This document shows, in pieces, positions 62,501-64,000 of a DNA stretch of 64,000 nucleotides. The translations under genes and the position numbers were made by a program. The stretch is from Octopus bimaculoides (taxonomy: Eukaryota). Under the pieces are notes generated by a model. It worked only from the letters and a program-made list of their open reading frames with translations, made no database searches and was not told where the DNA came from. The stretch is from NCBI RefSeq assembly GCF_001194135.2, contig NC_068988.1, forward strand, positions 96,035,740-96,099,739. Direction: 5' to 3'. Numbering within the stretch: the stretch's first letter is position 1; each line of letters starts with the position of its first letter.

Positions 62501-64000
62501 GACCAACAATGCATGCCTCGGATTTGAGCGAAAGTTTTAGACTTTAATAACAATAATTTCTTGTAAAATATTTTGGTGGGTCTGATTTAATTTTCTCTAA
62601 AAAATGTAAAAGAGGAAACTGCATGTGTGTGTGATAACAAACTTTAACCTTCTTTAATTACAAAGCAGAAGGCCTTGTTTGATTTGATGTGGTATTAAAT
62701 TAACCAACAGAAACAGTGAAATAATCTCGTATTTAATTTTTAATCCAACTGACCTTAATGTTGCATTTTTTTGGTGACTCCAAGAATCAGAGCTGAAGCT
62801 TTAAACTGTCTTCATTCATTTATTTGGTGCTATATCATCATCGTCTTTTCATGTATCAAGTTTTTCCATGCTGGCATGGATTAAACAGGCTGGGGGAGGG
62901 AAGGGGGGGGGGTCTTTTTATCACCAATCACTTTGCAATGTAGGCTGGGTGTATTATTTTATTGACTCAACAGCAGTATTAGACGAGTGAGTTCTGTTCT
63001 ACCCGGGACTAGAGCCTCCCCCTCCATCATGTGTAAATATTTATTCAGGGTTACTGCTTCAAGCTCCCTTCACATCTGCAGGCAATTGGAATTGAACCCT
63101 TTCCGTTAACTGTTGGGTTTGTTCAGAGAGCACAACTTTGTAGATGTTTCTCTGAAATGTAAAGGAAGGAGTTTTGCTAGCAAGGGAGTTCACAGTGTCA
63201 GTCTAAGAATGCTGAGATTAATGTTTGTCTCCAACAACATAGAGGGTTGGAGTTACCAAGGGAGCCCAGTAAAAATGACAAGAGCCGACTGCCTCGAGAG
63301 TTTGGTTCTCATTGTTGATGCTGTGGCCCAAAACATTTCTCACAGATTCACTTCATTTAGCTTTAAATAAGAAGTACAAACACTGAAGAATTGATGAGGG
63401 CTTCCTTATCTATGTTTAACTCTATCCAATGACACTGAGTTCAAATCCCACCAAGGTCGTCTTTATCTTACATCATTATAATGCTCAGTCAAATACCAGG
63501 ACTGTTTCTCTCTTGGAATCCATTTAATTGAAGACACCAAAAATGGAATATTCACATCCAAGACCCAGCTATCTTGTCACCACTCTATGAACTCACTCAA
63601 ATTGGCCAAAAAAGCAATCAGCACAACTTTCCTTGTGCATCTTTTTGAGAAGTCACTTGTCTATAAAATAATTGAGGAATCATCTCGGCTTACTACCATT
63701 ATTTAAATAAGCACCTTTTACAGATACAATCAGTGGATTCTTACTTTCTTTGATGATCTTTAAAAAAGAAAAAACATTGATAATTATTTCGTGAAAGGTA
63801 ACTTGTTAGAAATGTAAAAGCTTTTTAGTTTAATCTGTTTTGATTCTTGAAGAAGAAAGTGTAAAAATTAGGCAGATATGTGCATTTTTAGCAAATTTAA
63901 TGTGCCATTTATATAACCTTGGTTTTATTTTTACTTCTACCAAGATACCTGTCTGTTTGTTGGCCAGGTATTTTATTTCTTACTCCTCTCTTTGATCAAC

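Overview
AT-rich, microsatellite-dense eukaryotic scaffold with 7 large and several 10-N assembly gaps. The SINE/MITE complement and gap pattern suggest a coleoid cephalopod, probably Octopus (inference). One intron-rich plus-strand gene was reconstructed by hand from 16 coding exons (14183-55333), all with GT-AG ends and consistent phases. It encodes a divergent dystrophin-superfamily protein: WW, EF-hand region, ZZ zinc finger, two coiled coils, an unusual N-G-[F/Y] hexapeptide repeat region and the conserved C-terminal helix. The protein is about 737 aa if translation starts at ATG 14188; no rod/spectrin exons were found upstream, so the 5' end is unresolved. Introns carry several tRNA-derived SINE families, RTE-tail SINEs, TTAA piggyBac-type MITEs, a Tc1 deletion derivative, and CR1/L2 and RTE LINE fragments. 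The most striking non-genic signal is a repeat family present in 4 copies: two tRNA-headed units fused head-to-head into a long palindrome, each arm carrying a minimal type I hammerhead ribozyme motif of the kind known from Penelope-like elements. Human DMD/DTNA exon sizes and residue numbers are quoted from memory and should be verified.
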